Shown: in pieces, positions 30,004 through 39,770 of the stretch
Layout: each line of letters opens with the position of its first letter
Numbering within the stretch: position 1 is the stretch's first letter
Assembly: GCA_963666975.2 (NCBI GenBank)
Contig: CAXVYR010000003.1
Coordinates: 480,001-544,000 of the forward strand
Length of the DNA stretch: 64,000 bases
Reading direction: 5' to 3'
Origin: Terriglobia bacterium
GTDB taxonomy: Bacteria; Acidobacteriota; Terriglobia; 2-12-FULL-54-10
Made by a program: the position numbers and the translations under genes
The notes under the pieces: model-generated
What the model was told of the DNA's origin: nothing
The model's database searches: none
What the model saw: the letters and a program-made list of their open reading frames with translations, nothing else

Positions 30004-31314
30004 ATGAATGATGTAATGATGAATAACGAAGCCGATTCACATGCCGTGGCGCGAACTCTGAACGTCTCCATCGAAAAATTGGTATATGGAGGCGAGGGGC
30101 TGGCGCGCACCGAGCAAGGCGTGCTGCTGGTGCCGGGCGTGTTGCCGGGCGAGAGCGTAGAGGTAGAACTCGGACCGCGCCAGCACGGAGTTCTGCGAGG
30201 CCGCTTGGTGCGCCTTGTGGAGCCCTGCCGGGAACGGGTTCCGCCCGACTGCCCTTACTTTGACCAATGCGGCGGCTGCCAGTATCAATTCATCAGCTAC
30301 GAGCAGCAGTTGCGGCTCAAGCAGGAGATTCTGCGGGAATGCTGCGAGCGGGTAGGCAAGTTTCGCATCGATGTTCCTGTCACAGTGCTGGCCGACGCGC
30401 CCTGGCACTACCGTAACCGCACTCGATTGCGGATTGAGAATCAATCGGGACGTTTTGAGATCGGATATTTTGAACCCTCCTCCCACCGTCTCTGTTCCAT
30501 TGAGCGCTGTCCCATTAGTGCGCCCGCCATTAATGACGTATTGAAAAGTCTTTGCGGCGGAGTCGGCGCGTCCTGTTTTCCGGAGGGCAAGGCGGAGATC
30601 GAGTTGTTTGCCTCCGACTCCGGCCAGGCGATTCTGGTGACGGTCTCCTCCTCTTTGGCTCCGCCTATGGATTTCGGGGAGAAACTGCGGAGCGCGTTAC
30701 CCGGTGTCGAATCTGTTTGCTGGCTGCAGGAACCTTCCGGAAAGAAAACGATCTGGGGCAGCGGATCGATTACCTACCATGTGGGCGAGTTCCATTATCG
30801 TGTAGGGCACGATTCCTTTTTCCAGGTCAACCGCTTCTTGCCGGACGAATTGATCCGTGCTGTAGTCGCGGACCTCGAAGGCGCTCGCGCGCTGGACCTC
30901 TATGCCGGCGTCGGCCTGTTCACCGTCCCGCTGGCTCGCCAGTTTCAGCGAGTAACGGCAGTGGAAGCCCAAGCGGCGGCTGCCAGGGACCTGGCCTCGA
31001 ACGTGGGTGTGGCGGGCACGCGAGTACGTTCTTATCACAGGGCAGTGGAAAAGTTTATTGCGAATACATCGCCCAGCTGGGAGTTGATCCTGGTCAACCC
31101 GCCTCGCAACGGCCTGAGCAAGATTGTGGTGGAGCATCTGCGACGGTTGCATCCGCGCCGCTTTGTTTATGTATCTTGCGATCCCACCACGCTGGCCAGG
31201 GATTTGGCTGCGCTCATCCATTCGGGATATCAGATACGGTCTGTTCATTTAGTTGACCAGTTTCCACAGACGTTCCATCTGGAAAGCGTGATTCATATGG
31301 AGCACGCTGGATAG
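30004..31314 (+). CDS. rlmD: 23S rRNA uracil-5-methyltransferase RlmD/TrmA family
   Basis: TRAM domain; CPYFDQCGGCQ [4Fe-4S], FFQVN, LDLYAGVG, PPR and YVSCDP motifs. Confidence 0.9.
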   Translation: MNDVMMNNEADSHAVARTLNVSIEKLVYGGEGLARTEQGVLLVPGVLPGESVEVELGPRQHGVLRGRLVRLVEPCRERVPPDCPYFDQCGGCQYQFISYEQQLRLKQEILRECCERVGKFRIDVPVTVLADAPWHYRNRTRLRIENQSGRFEIGYFEPSSHRLCSIERCPISAPAINDVLKSLCGGVGASCFPEGKAEIELFASDSGQAILVTVSSSLAPPMDFGEKLRSALPGVESVCWLQEPSGKKTIWGSGSITYHVGEFHYRVGHDSFFQVNRFLPDELIRAVVADLEGARALDLYAGVGLFTVPLARQFQRVTAVEAQAAAARDLASNVGVAGTRVRSYHRAVEKFIANTSPSWELILVNPPRNGLSKIVVEHLRRLHPRRFVYVSCDPTTLARDLAALIHSGYQIRSVHLVDQFPQTFHLESVIHMEHAG

Positions 31315-31326
31315 GAGCCTCCACAG

Positions 31327-33957
31327 GTGATGCGGAACCCGCTCGTTCCCGTTACTGCCGCCTTTGCCGCCGGGATTTGGTTTGCTCCCCGGTTTTTCCT
31401 CTCCGCTTCGGAGCAAGTTTTCTTCCTCTCTCTAATCGTTTTTGGATCCATAGCTTTACTCGCTCTAAGGCGCTACGGGAAAGGCTGGCTCCTGGCATTG
31501 CTGGGGTTCTTTCTGTGCGGAGCGTTCCTGGCTGCGGAGGAGCAAGCGGTCCTGCCGGCGGAGCACATCGAATCGCTCGCCGAGCGGGGCTTGATCGATC
31601 CAGCGCAACCGATTCAAATCACCGGATGGGCCCGTACTCCTTCGGTCCGGCATCCCAGGGGACAATACTTTGACTTAGCGTTGACCGAGATCCGCCAGCA
31701 GGGCCGCGTTATTTCTGCAGAAGGCATCATCCGGCTCAACGAGTATCTGTACGATGATAAAGCCAAGCCTCTCGATATTGCATACGGGATGCGTCTTAGG
31801 TTTCCTTTGAAAGAACTCCGCAGACCCCGCAACTTCTTGACTCCGGGCTCCTACGATTGGGCAGGATATATGCGGCGGCAGGGTATTTATTTCACCGGGC
31901 TGTTGCGCGACCAGGAAACGGTGGCGACGCTGCCTGGCCGCGCTGGCAGCCGCTACTGGTCCATTCTCTATCGGGTTCGCAGCCGCTTGCTCTCCCATAT
32001 CGACCGCCTTTTTCCGCCCCAGCAAGACCCGCTTGGCCGGGGACCCATTTTGAAAGCGATATTGCTCGGTGACCGCCAATGGCTGAGCGAGCAAACTAAA
32101 ACGATATTTCAAGAGAGCAGCACCTATCATGCCTTGGTAGTTTCCGGTCTTCATGTGGGAGCGCTGGCAGTGGGTCTTTTCTGGATGCTTTCCCGGTTCC
32201 GCTTGCCTGACTGGCTGGTGACGTCGCTGGTCATCTGCTGTGTGGCTGCGTTTACGTTGCTGGCCGGAGCGCGAGTCCCTGTCGTGCGGGCTGCGCTGAT
32301 GGTTTTAATTTATTTCCTCGCACGGCTCGTCTATCGTCAGCGGGCTTTGCTAAACTCGATTGCAACCGCGGGGCTGATCTTGTTGGTCCTGCATCCATCG
32401 GATTTGAAGGACTCCGGTTTTCAACTTTCCTTCCTGGCAGTTTTGGTTATTGCTGTCATCGCCGTGCCTGTTCTCCAATGGACGATTTCGCCTTACCGGC
32501 AGGCGTTGCAAGGGTTGGATGAAAAGGAGAAAGACAGCCTGCTCAAACCGCAGCAAGCTCAATTCCGGCAGGACGTGCGCACCCTGCTCGATTATTTCTG
32601 CGATCCGGCATTGCTGTCGCAGAGACGCTGGCGAATTTATCGCAAGGCGCTTTTACTGTTCGCCACCGCCCTGTTGCGAGTGGTGGAAGCTGCTGTATTT
32701 ATATTTTTTATTCAAATCGGCCTGGCGCTCACCACGGCGACTTATTTCCACCGAATGATGTGGCTGGGGATAGCCGCCAATGTGCTGGTGATTCCATTGA
32801 TGGGAATTCTCGTGCCGCTCGGTTTTTGTGTGCTGCTGGTGTCGCTGGTTTGGTGGCCGCTATCCGCGCTGGGAGCACAGTTGCTGGGGATATTGGTTTC
32901 GCTGCTGTTGCAGATCATGGATGGGATCGTCAGCCTGCCTTGGGGGGATGGCCGCGTGCCAACTCCCCCTGCTTGGGTCTCTGTCTGTTTTATAGCGTTG
33001 TTGCTCCTGATGGCGGTGTTCGTAGAGCGGCGTTCGCGGTTTGTATCGCTTTCTGTCGCGGCTGTGATGGCATTCGGAGTTCTATTCACCATCGCACCGT
33101 ATTCTCCACGGCTGCCCGAGGGGAAATTAGAAGTGACGGTTCTGGACGTGGGGCAGGGCGATTCCCTTTTCATCGCCTTTCCCAAAGGCTCCACCATGTT
33201 AGTGGACGGAGGAGGAGCGACGGTGATCGACGTCGGCGAGCAGGTTGTCTCCCCCTATTTATGGTCCCGGCGGCTCAAAGCAATCGATTATCTTGTCTTG
33301 ACACATGCTCATCACGACCACCTGGATGGATTGAAGAGCGTGCTGGGGAACTTTTCAGTGCGGGAGCTATGGATCGGTTCGGGACCAAACTCGGAGGAAC
33401 TCGAAACGCTGCTGGAAATCGCCGGCAGCCGCGATGTCCGCATCGTTCACCAGCCGGCAGGGGGTAATACAGAGATCGACGGGGTCGAGATCAGCTTCCT
33501 GTCGCCTCCTGACCGGCGGAGACTTCGTAACGTCAGCAATAATGACTCTCTGGTGCTTCGCCTGGGGTACGGTCTCCGGCATATTCTTTTGCCGGGTGAT
33601 GTAGAGTCGAGCATGGAAAGGCGGTTAGTAAGGGAAGCAGCTACGATTACCAGCGACGTATTGAAGGTCCCGCACCACGGAAGTAAAAGCTCGACCAGCG
33701 ATGCTTTTCTGAGTCAGGTCGATCCGAGCTTCGGAATCATCTCGGTGGGAGCCTACAGGAGGTTTGGGCACCCTCACAATGAAGTTTTGGAGGCGTTCCA
33801 GCGTGCGGGAGTGCGTATCTACCGCACCGATCAGGATGGCAGCGTCACAGTTTCAACCGACGGGACTCGGATCGAACTGAAGACTTTTCGGGACTCCATC
33901 GCATCTTGGGCCCCCTTCAATCGTCGCTCTGTCCGTCGCTTTCCTGTTGGGAGATAA
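31327..33957 (+). CDS. comEC: DNA internalization competence protein ComEC/Rec2
   Basis: HALVVSGLHV, GFQLSF, LDVGQGD, THAHHDH, KVPHHGS and GHPH motifs. Confidence 0.95.
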   Translation: MMRNPLVPVTAAFAAGIWFAPRFFLSASEQVFFLSLIVFGSIALLALRRYGKGWLLALLGFFLCGAFLAAEEQAVLPAEHIESLAERGLIDPAQPIQITGWARTPSVRHPRGQYFDLALTEIRQQGRVISAEGIIRLNEYLYDDKAKPLDIAYGMRLRFPLKELRRPRNFLTPGSYDWAGYMRRQGIYFTGLLRDQETVATLPGRAGSRYWSILYRVRSRLLSHIDRLFPPQQDPLGRGPILKAILLGDRQWLSEQTKTIFQESSTYHALVVSGLHVGALAVGLFWMLSRFRLPDWLVTSLVICCVAAFTLLAGARVPVVRAALMVLIYFLARLVYRQRALLNSIATAGLILLVLHPSDLKDSGFQLSFLAVLVIAVIAVPVLQWTISPYRQALQGLDEKEKDSLLKPQQAQFRQDVRTLLDYFCDPALLSQRRWRIYRKALLLFATALLRVVEAAVFIFFIQIGLALTTATYFHRMMWLGIAANVLVIPLMGILVPLGFCVLLVSLVWWPLSALGAQLLGILVSLLLQIMDGIVSLPWGDGRVPTPPAWVSVCFIALLLLMAVFVERRSRFVSLSVAAVMAFGVLFTIAPYSPRLPEGKLEVTVLDVGQGDSLFIAFPKGSTMLVDGGGATVIDVGEQVVSPYLWSRRLKAIDYLVLTHAHHDHLDGLKSVLGNFSVRELWIGSGPNSEELETLLEIAGSRDVRIVHQPAGGNTEIDGVEISFLSPPDRRRLRNVSNNDSLVLRLGYGLRHILLPGDVESSMERRLVREAATITSDVLKVPHHGSKSSTSDAFLSQVDPSFGIISVGAYRRFGHPHNEVLEAFQRAGVRIYRTDQDGSVTVSTDGTRIELKTFRDSIASWAPFNRRSVRRFPVGR

Positions 33958-34180
33958 GCTGACCGGCTAGCTCGGCCTGCGATTCGAGGACGAGAATCTC
34001 CAATATGGCAATTCGCCCCATTTGCAGTGGAAAGAGATTGGGAGGAAGATCGCTGTTCATCATGCTCTCGATCCCGGCGGCATGGAGCAAACCTTGCACC
34101 ACCCGCGCCTCCATCTCATCCTGTGTGGAGAAAATAGCCGTTAATTTTTGGCGGGACAGTTCTGTTCGATCTGGTTCCAT
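33917..34180 (-). CDS. DUF2007-like small protein
   Basis: EMEARVVQGLLHAAGIES...ILV pattern. Confidence 0.7.
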   Translation of the reverse strand: MEPDRTELSRQKLTAIFSTQDEMEARVVQGLLHAAGIESMMNSDLPPNLFPLQMGRIAILEILVLESQAELAGQLISQQESDGQSDD

Positions 34181-34328
34181 AAACGTTTTCAACTCCAGAC
34201 TTTCATCCCGGTTCTGTCCCGGCCGCGTCCCTGGGCGCTTGGGCTGGGAGTTTCCCCGGCATATTCTGTGACAATGCGGCGTTTTTGAAAAGCTAAATTT
34301 TTCCCGGATTGCTGCGCAAAGAGGGCGG

Positions 34329-35117
34329 TCAGGGGACAATCTCCCAGCGGTCGATTCCGGTCAGCGAGGCGGTAATGGTTCCTGCCGGGATCTGGACTTT
34401 CAGTTGGACCGGCAAGCGGTTGTCGTCGTCACTGAACCAAACAAACATGCGCCCCTTTTCTTTGAACAGATTTTCCGAAAAAACATCCGGCTCCACGCGA
34501 ATGGCCGGAAACATCCCAATCGCGGTCTGAATTTCTTCCCGTGCCTGGACCTCCACACGGACTTGAGCTGTTCGGGAACCGTCATTCAGGGGAATCTCGA
34601 AAGTCTCGCCCACATTGAGCGGCTGCGTGCGGACGTAATACAGCGCGGAAAGGATATCGTAGACGCAGGCCGGAATGGAGAACTGTTCCTGCCGGGGAGG
34701 AGCATCGCTGGCAGTATCCCGTTCACGCAGAAGCGCCGTCCCGCTGCTTTGGTCAAACTGGAGGGATACCTCCCGGTGCCGCTCCCCTTCATGGATCACT
34801 TTGCGAATTCCATCGGAGCAGAAGGTGGGATTATGAAAAGTAGACTGGTATTCGTCTTCGACTTTGTACAGGTTGGCGACGTAGCCTGTGGATTTGGCCT
34901 TGGCCGTTGCCTTCCAGCGCCCTGCCTGCTTTCCTTCCTTTGCCAGGAACAGCTCTGCGTGGCCGGCCGGGAACAGCCGCCATTGGACTGCATACCGTAA
35001 TTTTTCTCCGGGGGAAAAAGGGATCTCTGGCTTTTGTGCGCTGCTTAGTAAAGCGCACAGAACGCTGCCTGTGGCCAGCAAGCCCCCGATCGCCAATATC
35101 CTGCCCCGGAAAACCAA
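34329..35117 (-). CDS. DUF3108-like exported protein
   Basis: PFSPGEKLRY, YDILSALYYVR and WFSDDDNRLPVQ motifs; signal/TM N-terminus; TTG start chosen from the RBS. Confidence 0.8.
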   Translation of the reverse strand: MVFRGRILAIGGLLATGSVLCALLSSAQKPEIPFSPGEKLRYAVQWRLFPAGHAELFLAKEGKQAGRWKATAKAKSTGYVANLYKVEDEYQSTFHNPTFCSDGIRKVIHEGERHREVSLQFDQSSGTALLRERDTASDAPPRQEQFSIPACVYDILSALYYVRTQPLNVGETFEIPLNDGSRTAQVRVEVQAREEIQTAIGMFPAIRVEPDVFSENLFKEKGRMFVWFSDDDNRLPVQLKVQIPAGTITASLTGIDRWEIVP

Positions 35118-35137
35118 AGATTTCCTTCCTCTCTCCT

Positions 35138-35701
35138 CTAGGACCCGCCCGTGAAAAAGCTCTTCACCAGCAAAATAATTATAATAACAAGATAAGCCAA
35201 AAAGGCCTGATATTCCCGGTTCCGCCAATAAAGGTCCAAGCGAAAATACTCCCTCGTGGCCTGGTTTTTTTTATTTGTCAGCAGGCGCGGCAGCAGCACA
35301 GGAACGGAACGGGCGTAAACATCAAACTCCTCCGGGAACAACTTTCGCAAGTGGGCCTCTTCCTGGCGAATCACCGGCCAATAGACGGCCACTTCTAAAA
35401 ATCCCAGCAGAAGGAAAAACCACCAGCGCCCCCCCGCTATTGAAAATCCAACGCCTGCCAGCAGGGAACCCAAATACAGGGGATTGCGCGTGTAGAGGTA
35501 AGGCCCGGTGGTCGCTAGTTTTTGATTCTTCTCCAGGTAACCCGCGCTGGTCGCTCGCAACAAAAGACCCGTGAAAGCCACCGCCGCACCTGCCATCAAT
35601 AGCTCTCGGGTCGGTTGTGCGAAGATCAGGTAAACGGCTCCCAAAAAAAACCCGGAGGGAACCCGAATGCGGGCGGCGAATTGCGAGTACGATTTTGGCA
35701 T
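35138..35701 (-). CDS. Isoprenylcysteine carboxylmethyltransferase/PEMT-family membrane methyltransferase
   Basis: LATTGPYLYTRNPLYLG and EEAHL...F...Y...VP motifs. Confidence 0.88.
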   Translation of the reverse strand: MPKSYSQFAARIRVPSGFFLGAVYLIFAQPTRELLMAGAAVAFTGLLLRATSAGYLEKNQKLATTGPYLYTRNPLYLGSLLAGVGFSIAGGRWWFFLLLGFLEVAVYWPVIRQEEAHLRKLFPEEFDVYARSVPVLLPRLLTNKKNQATREYFRLDLYWRNREYQAFLAYLVIIIILLVKSFFTGGS

Positions 35702-35739
35702 TCATCCTATTTTGAACCCTGATCCGCATCCCGGACAGA

Positions 35740-36792
35740 TCAAAATGACATACTTTTTGAAATGGTTTCATTCTCCTCACTCAAGAGCTGGCGAATTGCT
35801 TCCACCACCTGGCCCGGCCGGATCAGGTCCATTGTGCTCCCGGGAGAGTTGGAATGTTTGTAAGAAGTCTCCGCATCGCCGGGCCGCAGAGATTTATGGC
35901 GGCCACCGTAGGGTCCATTGCGTTGCGGTGCAGTGGGTCCATACAAGCCAACCGTGGGAACTCCCAGGGCAGCGGCCAAATGCAGCGGGCCAGTGTCGGA
36001 GCCGACCATAAGCCGGCTGCGGCGAAGCAAAGCGATCAAACCCTTCAGATTGCCTATGTAGGCTAACGGGTCCGAATTCCGGCAGGCGGCCTGCACCTGC
36101 TGCGTCAGCGGCTCTTCGCCGGGCCCGCCGTTGAGTATTACCTGCATCGAAAAATCTTTTTGCAGCGCATCGGAAACTGCGCCGAAGTTTTCCGGAGACC
36201 AGCATTTGGATCGCCACCCGGCGCCAGGATTCAAGACCGCCAAATTTTTTTCGGGAAGGCCGGCGGGGAGCGAGACAGTATCTCCCTCCGGAAGAGGGAA
36301 GCGAATGACAGGCCGCGCGGCTCCCAGGGCTGCCGCCAATGCCAGGTTGGCGTCAATGACATGGACGGCTTTTGTTTCGATCCTGCGCGTGTAAAAAATG
36401 GAGCAAGCCGGCTCCTTGAGCCACGGTTTCTCAAAACCGATGATTTCCTTCGCCCCACTCCAGCGACAGGCCAGAGCAGATTTCAACAGTCCTTGCAGGT
36501 CGAGAGCGCAATCATAGCGGCGCTCTCGCAACACCTGGACGGCGCTGCGCAATGCGTGCCAAACATGAGGGGAGAGAGGCTGTTTTCTCCATGCGAAGGT
36601 GTCCACATCCACGATATGAGACAGGTAAGGATTTCCTTCTAGCAATGGACGCCAGCGGCTCTCCACCAGCCAGTCGATTTCCCATGAGGGAAAATTTTCC
36701 TTCAGGGTCGCCAATACCGGGAGAGCGTGGAGAATGTCGCCCATCGATCCCAGGCGCACCAGTAAAATCCTGCGTGCCGTATTGTGGTTCAT
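35740..36792 (-). CDS. waaC: GT9 heptosyltransferase I-like
   Basis: VRLGSMGDILHALP, DLQGLLKSA and DTGPLHLAAA motifs. Confidence 0.8.
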   Translation of the reverse strand: MNHNTARRILLVRLGSMGDILHALPVLATLKENFPSWEIDWLVESRWRPLLEGNPYLSHIVDVDTFAWRKQPLSPHVWHALRSAVQVLRERRYDCALDLQGLLKSALACRWSGAKEIIGFEKPWLKEPACSIFYTRRIETKAVHVIDANLALAAALGAARPVIRFPLPEGDTVSLPAGLPEKNLAVLNPGAGWRSKCWSPENFGAVSDALQKDFSMQVILNGGPGEEPLTQQVQAACRNSDPLAYIGNLKGLIALLRRSRLMVGSDTGPLHLAAALGVPTVGLYGPTAPQRNGPYGGRHKSLRPGDAETSYKHSNSPGSTMDLIRPGQVVEAIRQLLSEENETISKSMSF

Positions 36793-36875
36793 CCTGTTGT
36801 GTTCATTCTATGGTTTCGCGAAGCCGCCGAATCTCATTCAGCGGGGCATTTCATGCCGCTCACAATGTTTCAAAA

Positions 36876-37505
36876 CTACAACTGTTGCAGGATCCAGTGA
36901 ACAGCTTGATGAACGTCTTTTGCCACATAATCCGGTTGCCGCTGCTCCTGTGCCTGTCCTGCTTCCCATTCTTGCTTCCCGAAACCCGTCAGCACCAGCA
37001 CGCTCCGCGCTCCCACCCGGTGGCCAGCCTGAATATCCACATAGCGGTCACCTACAATAAACGATCTTTCTAAATCGATGCCGAACCGGGTCGCGGCCCG
37101 CTCCAGCATTCCTGCGCCCGGCTTGCGGCAATCGCACTCGACACGGTAGGTTTCGACGGCAGCCCGCGGGTGGTGAGGGCAATAGAAGATGCCGTCGAGT
37201 TTTCCTCCGGCGGTCTGGATAGCGTCGGAAAGCTGCCGATGGATTTTTTCGAGCGCAGGCTCCTCGAACAACCCTTGTGCCACCCCGGCCTGGTTGGTCA
37301 CTACAATCGTCAATAGATCAGCCCGATTTACCAATTCCACCGCCTTCCCGGCGAAGGGATAAAGCTCAAGCAAGCTGGGGTCGTTCAGGTAGCCGATCTC
37401 TTTGTTCAATGTTCCGTCACGGTCAAAGAAAACAGCTCGCCGCCGCCCGTCCTGCAATTCAGGGGATTTTTCCTGAGCGGACTGGTTTTTTCCTTTAGAA
37501 TTCAT
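36876..37505 (-). CDS. gmhB: D-glycero-D-manno-heptose bisphosphate phosphatase
   Basis: FFDRDGTL, TNQAG, YCPHHP, CDCRKP and GD motifs. Confidence 0.92.
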   Translation of the reverse strand: MNSKGKNQSAQEKSPELQDGRRRAVFFDRDGTLNKEIGYLNDPSLLELYPFAGKAVELVNRADLLTIVVTNQAGVAQGLFEEPALEKIHRQLSDAIQTAGGKLDGIFYCPHHPRAAVETYRVECDCRKPGAGMLERAATRFGIDLERSFIVGDRYVDIQAGHRVGARSVLVLTGFGKQEWEAGQAQEQRQPDYVAKDVHQAVHWILQQL

Positions 37506-37515
37506 GGCCTAAAAT

Positions 37516-38637
37516 TCATTGTGCTGCTACCTGGCCCTGGTGCAGACAGGATTGAGCCGCGTGCAAAACGTCCTCCACGGATATGGAAGTCATGCAGCGG
37601 TGATCGATCGGGCAATGCCGCAGCTTGCATGGACGACAATACGCCGAGCCGGCCAGCAATTCCACGCGGGGGCCGAGCGGCCGCGTGCCCTGTTCGTCGG
37701 TGGGTCCGAAAATAGCTAGAGTGGGAACACCCAGCGCGGCCACTACGTGCATAGTGCCGGTGTCATTCGTCACATACAGATCACAGCCTTGAACCAGCCG
37801 GATGAATTCATCGAGCGATGTCTTCCCGGCAAGCGACAGGGCGGCTTTGCCCGCTTTCGGCAGGAGGGACTCCACCAGGGGGCTCTCTGCGGGGGAGCCG
37901 AAAAAAATCGATATTGCTCCCCATTGCTCGTTCAGGCGGCGGGCGAGTTCTGCAAATCTCTCCGCCGGCCATCGCTTGGCGGTGCCGAACGCCGCGCCTG
38001 GGCTGATGCCCACCAGTAACCCACTCTTTGATTTCCAGCCCGCCGGAAGGGAAGTCTCCTGACCTAAAAGTTTTTCGATCCGTTCTCTGGCTGCCGCCCG
38101 GCTGGGCCCGGTTGAGGGCAGCAAAATTTGCCTCACTTCCGGAAACTGCGAAATCAATCCCAGCCGCCGGAGAAGCTCCAGATAGTAGTGTGCCTCGTGT
38201 GCTGGAATCTCTCCACTGCGGGGCACTGCAACGGGGTGCGTCAGCAAAGGGCCACGGCCCTGCCGTGCATATCCGGCGCGGATGGGTATGCCGGAAAGCG
38301 CAGCCAGCACGGCGGCATCCAGCGCATTCTGGAACAGGATGGCGGCGGAGAACCCCTCTTGCCGCAGATGGGCGGCCATGCGCCACCTTCCGATGATTCC
38401 CTTGTGCTGGTCGCGGGTGTTGTAGGCAATCAGGCGGCAGCGCAGCTCGTCCAAGGGAAAAACCTCGCTGACCCAGGGCCGCGCCACCAAAACCAATTCC
38501 GCTTGGGGCAACACCCGGCGCAGCTCGCGCAGAGCAGGCAAGCACATGACTGCGTCGCCGATCCAGTTCGGAACGCGAACCAGCAGCTTGATGCGGGTTC
38601 CTGTCCCTTCCAATTGTTCGACGCGGAGCGTTTTCAT
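37516..38637 (-). CDS. waaF: GT9 heptosyltransferase II
   Basis: RVPNWIGDAVM, PGAAFGTAKRW and NDTGTMH motifs. Confidence 0.9.
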   Translation of the reverse strand: MKTLRVEQLEGTGTRIKLLVRVPNWIGDAVMCLPALRELRRVLPQAELVLVARPWVSEVFPLDELRCRLIAYNTRDQHKGIIGRWRMAAHLRQEGFSAAILFQNALDAAVLAALSGIPIRAGYARQGRGPLLTHPVAVPRSGEIPAHEAHYYLELLRRLGLISQFPEVRQILLPSTGPSRAAARERIEKLLGQETSLPAGWKSKSGLLVGISPGAAFGTAKRWPAERFAELARRLNEQWGAISIFFGSPAESPLVESLLPKAGKAALSLAGKTSLDEFIRLVQGCDLYVTNDTGTMHVVAALGVPTLAIFGPTDEQGTRPLGPRVELLAGSAYCRPCKLRHCPIDHRCMTSISVEDVLHAAQSCLHQGQVAAQ

Positions 38638-38648
38638 GCGTGCTCGTT

Positions 38649-39770
38649 TCAGCTTCTTCCGGCCAAGTTTGCCGCTAAAGGCAATCGTTTTCGGGGAAAC
38701 CCCAACTCCTCCCAAAGCCAGTTCACCAAGCGCACTTCCTCATCCACTACAGGCTCGATGGCGGCCCAATAGAGCGGAATTCTAAAGGAGAGCAGTTCCG
38801 GCAGGTTGACGATATCTTTCTCCGTAGTGAGCAGGCAATCCGCCCGGTTTGCTTCCACGAGTTTCCGAAGAAGCTCCAGGTCGTCTTCGTTATAGCGATG
38901 GTGGTCCGGAAAAGTTTTGCTTCCGACCGTCTCAATCCCGGCCATTTCCAGCATCAGAAAAAAAGCCCTGGGGCTTCCCAGACCACAAAAGGCCATGGGC
39001 CGCCGTGGAAAAAAATCCGTGAGCGGCACACGGTCTGCGTTTCGGGCATCTACAAAATGGAGAAGTTTTGTCCTGAGGGTAAAGCATGGCGCACGGGGAT
39101 TCAATCTTTGGACGTTTGCCTTCAGGCTTTCCAGATGCGAGCTGTAGTCCGTGCCACTCACAACCAGCTCACAGCGGGTTAAGAGGATGCCATCTGCCCG
39201 GCTTAGCGCTGAAGCGCCCTCACGGAGCAGGCGGGAGAAGCCAGGACGCGCTCCCCAGGGATTTTCCGCGTCCAGCAGCACCAAATCCAGAGCGCGTCTC
39301 AACGCGAGGTGCTGGAAACCGTCATCGAGCAGGTGGAGATCGACAGGAAACTGCTCCTCCACAAGCCGGCCCGCTTCATACCGCGAAGCGGAAACTCCAA
39401 CGGGGAGATTCAAATGCCGAAGGTAGAGCTGCACTTCGTCGCCTGAGTCCAGGGCATCCTGCGGAGAGGTGCCGGGAGGAAGGATTTGCACCGGCTGGTT
39501 GGAAGCGCGGCGGTAGCCTCGGGTCAGAATCGAAACGCTAAGCCCGGCAGCCTGCAAGCGGCCCGCCAGCCATATGGTAAACGGAGTCTTGCCCGTTCCG
39601 CCCCAACTGATGTTCCCCACGCTAAGCACTGGAGCCTGCAAGCTTCGTTGCCGCAAGAGCCCGCTACGGTAGAGCCAAGCCCGCATCCACGATCCGGCAG
39701 TCCAGAGGCTTGTGAGGCTCGATAGTGGAAAAGCTCGTTGCATTTTCTGACTCATTTTGCTTGGGCTCAT
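38649..39770 (-). CDS. lpxK: Tetraacyldisaccharide 4'-kinase
   Basis: VGNISWGGTGKTP, TRGY, GDE, LDDGFQH, FPDHH and TTEKD motifs. Confidence 0.95.
   Translation of the reverse strand: MSPSKMSQKMQRAFPLSSLTSLWTAGSWMRAWLYRSGLLRQRSLQAPVLSVGNISWGGTGKTPFTIWLAGRLQAAGLSVSILTRGYRRASNQPVQILPPGTSPQDALDSGDEVQLYLRHLNLPVGVSASRYEAGRLVEEQFPVDLHLLDDGFQHLALRRALDLVLLDAENPWGARPGFSRLLREGASALSRADGILLTRCELVVSGTDYSSHLESLKANVQRLNPRAPCFTLRTKLLHFVDARNADRVPLTDFFPRRPMAFCGLGSPRAFFLMLEMAGIETVGSKTFPDHHRYNEDDLELLRKLVEANRADCLLTTEKDIVNLPELLSFRIPLYWAAIEPVVDEEVRLVNWLWEELGFPRKRLPLAANLAGRS

Noticed and set aside
31081-31110. rlmD NPPR instead of DPPR as a sign of decay
   Set aside because: NPPR occurs naturally in this family (e.g. 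RlmC), and the catalytic Cys motif is intact.
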